The position numbers and the translations under genes were made by a program. Below, piece by piece: positions 62,461-64,000 of a DNA stretch of 64,000 nt (its first letter is position 1; every line of letters starts with the position of its first letter). The notes beneath the pieces are model-generated. The model was not told the origin of the DNA and made no database searches. It saw nothing but the letters and a program-made list of their open reading frames with translations. Origin of the DNA: the human T2T-CHM13v2.0 reference genome, Homo sapiens. Where the stretch lies: assembly GCF_009914755.1 (NCBI RefSeq), contig NC_060935.1. One strand, written 5' to 3'.

Positions 62461-62747
62461 TGTGGAAGTGGCTAGTTAGGATCACTGATTCCCTTCCCCC
62501 TAGAGTTAGAGATGTGATGCCTACTGACAGAAAAAAGGGAAGGTCCTGTGGATAAAATAACTTACTGGGTAGAACATTATTATGTTGACTCTTTGTTCTC
62601 ACTCAGTTCAGCTGCATGTTCAGGTAGACTAATTCCAGTAAACTTCAGATTCTGTAAACAAAATAAATGCATTGTTTGTTTACTTGGTCTTCAAATATTA
62701 TTCATATGGAGCATAGTATATGACAGAACAAAGTGGAAATACAGAGG

Positions 62748-63296
62748 TGAGATGGGTTAAATTGTGTTTCTAAAGGATGTGTTGAATTTCTCACCCCCAG
62801 TACCTTTAAGTGAGATGTTATTTGGAAATACGCCCTTTGCAGGTATAATCAAGTTAAAATGAGGTCATACTGCAATAGAGTGGGCCTTTAATCCCATAAT
62901 ACTGGTGTTTTGTTTATTTGTTTTTTCTTTGCAAAAGCAAGTTTATTAAGAAAGTAAAGAAACAAAAGAATGGCTACTCCATAGGCAGAGCAGCCAAGAC
63001 TGGCATTCTTATAAGAGGAAAAGAGGCAAAGAGACACATATACACGAATAGAGACAGCCATGGGAAGATAGAGGCAGACATGAGAGTGATGCTGCCATAG
63101 AAGCAAGGTACTTCTGGGGTTTCCAGAAGCTGCAGAGGCAAGAAAGGATCCTCCCCAGAGGCTTAGGAGGAGCATAGTCCTGCTCACACCTTGATTTTGG
63201 ACTTGCCACCTCTAGAACTGCAAGACAATACATTTCTGTTGTTTTCAGCCACCCAGTTTGTGGTGCTTTGTTATGGCAGCCTAGAAAACTAATACA
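62748..63296 (+). mobile_element. MLT1 (B/C-type) MaLR LTR
   Basis: ttatttggaaata...aagttaaaatgaggtcat...cccagtttgtggtgctttgttatggcagcc...aactaataca. Confidence 0.85.
62911..62995 (-). mobile_element. 85-bp poly(A)-tailed retrocopy of an LTR R region (MER41-like), inserted in MLT1
   Basis: Sense GGCTGCTCTGCCTATGGAGTAGCCattcttttg...ttAATAAActtgcttttgc plus A tail; TSD aatactggtgtt/aagactggcatt. Confidence 0.75.
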
Positions 63297-63304
63297 GAGA
63301 TTAG

Positions 63305-63640
63305 AATATAAGATAAAGACAACCCTGGCCTTCCAAGAGCTTGCAACCTGGGTGAAAGGTGTACACAGAAAAGAAACTCACATTACAAGGCTGAATTAAC
63401 CAAATGCTGAATATTGGTAACAAGTGGCATGTAGCAGGGTAAACAAGGAAGTTTGAGGACACAGAATTCAAGTCCTCCTAACAGAACCGGAGAAAAACCA
63501 TGGAGGAGGCCACATCTGCACTGTCCTGAGTGCTGAGCAGGATTTCAGGAGAGAGAAGGCAGAGATGCTGGACAGGCCAGCACAGGTGGATGAGTGTGCA
63601 TGGACACTCTGAGCAGGGCTAGTTCCTGAGCTGGTTGCGG
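63305..63640 (-). mobile_element. L2 fragment
   Basis: gataaagacaaccctggccttccaagagcttgcaacctggg...ggaggaggccacatctg. Confidence 0.5.
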
Positions 63641-64000
63641 CAGAGCATGGGGCACTGAAAGGCAGACACTGGCCCAGAAACTCTTTCTGTAAAGCTTCTA
63701 GTAAGCCTCATGAGCCACCCTGGACCACATCTTCATCAAGTCCCAGATGTCTACATGCCCATTTGGTTTCTTTTCAGCTCATATAGTTTCCTAATTATTC
63801 TAGTTAATAGTCCACTAACTTAAATTCCCAGTTTCTATCTCTCTGGATAATATTCAGGTATCAATAAGACTAAACGTGTAATCCATTAGAAATGAAGATT
63901 TATCTGAGCAGTCACAGGCAACATGGAAGAGTAGGACCCTAGGGGACAGGCAGGAATGTCTCTCTCCACCCTAAGAGGGTAAGCACTTACCCAAAGCTTC

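Overview
Human (hominid) AT-rich, repeat-dense DNA from an OR4C olfactory-receptor cluster. The translations match OR4C15 (+, intact), OR4C16 (+, open frame, degenerate motifs) and OR4C11 (-), which I place at chr11q11-q12 from recall. In this haplotype OR4C11 is interrupted by a TAG at codon 157. Most of the rest is transposon-derived: two paralogous HERVH48/MER48-type proviral remnants nested in a MER4-group provirus (a roughly 3.8-kb local segmental duplication), a gag/env-deleted HERV-H, a near full-length dead L1PA, an internally deleted L1PA, solo LTRs (MER61, LTR10, LTR14B, THE1, MLT1), Alus including an AluYa5, MER2, MIR and L2. I see no new protein-coding system. The most interesting signals are structural: two tiny hairpin-forming, poly(A)-tailed, TSD-flanked retrocopies of LTR R-region RNAs; a HERV-H with mismatched LTRs and no TSD sitting exactly at the duplication breakpoint; a TSD-less L1 that joins two unrelated ERV segments; an H/F-type pol joined to an ERV3/HERV-E-type env; and a 41-bp inverted-repeat tangle. 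Repeat family names come from remembered consensus sequences, not from a search, and old-repeat boundaries are approximate.
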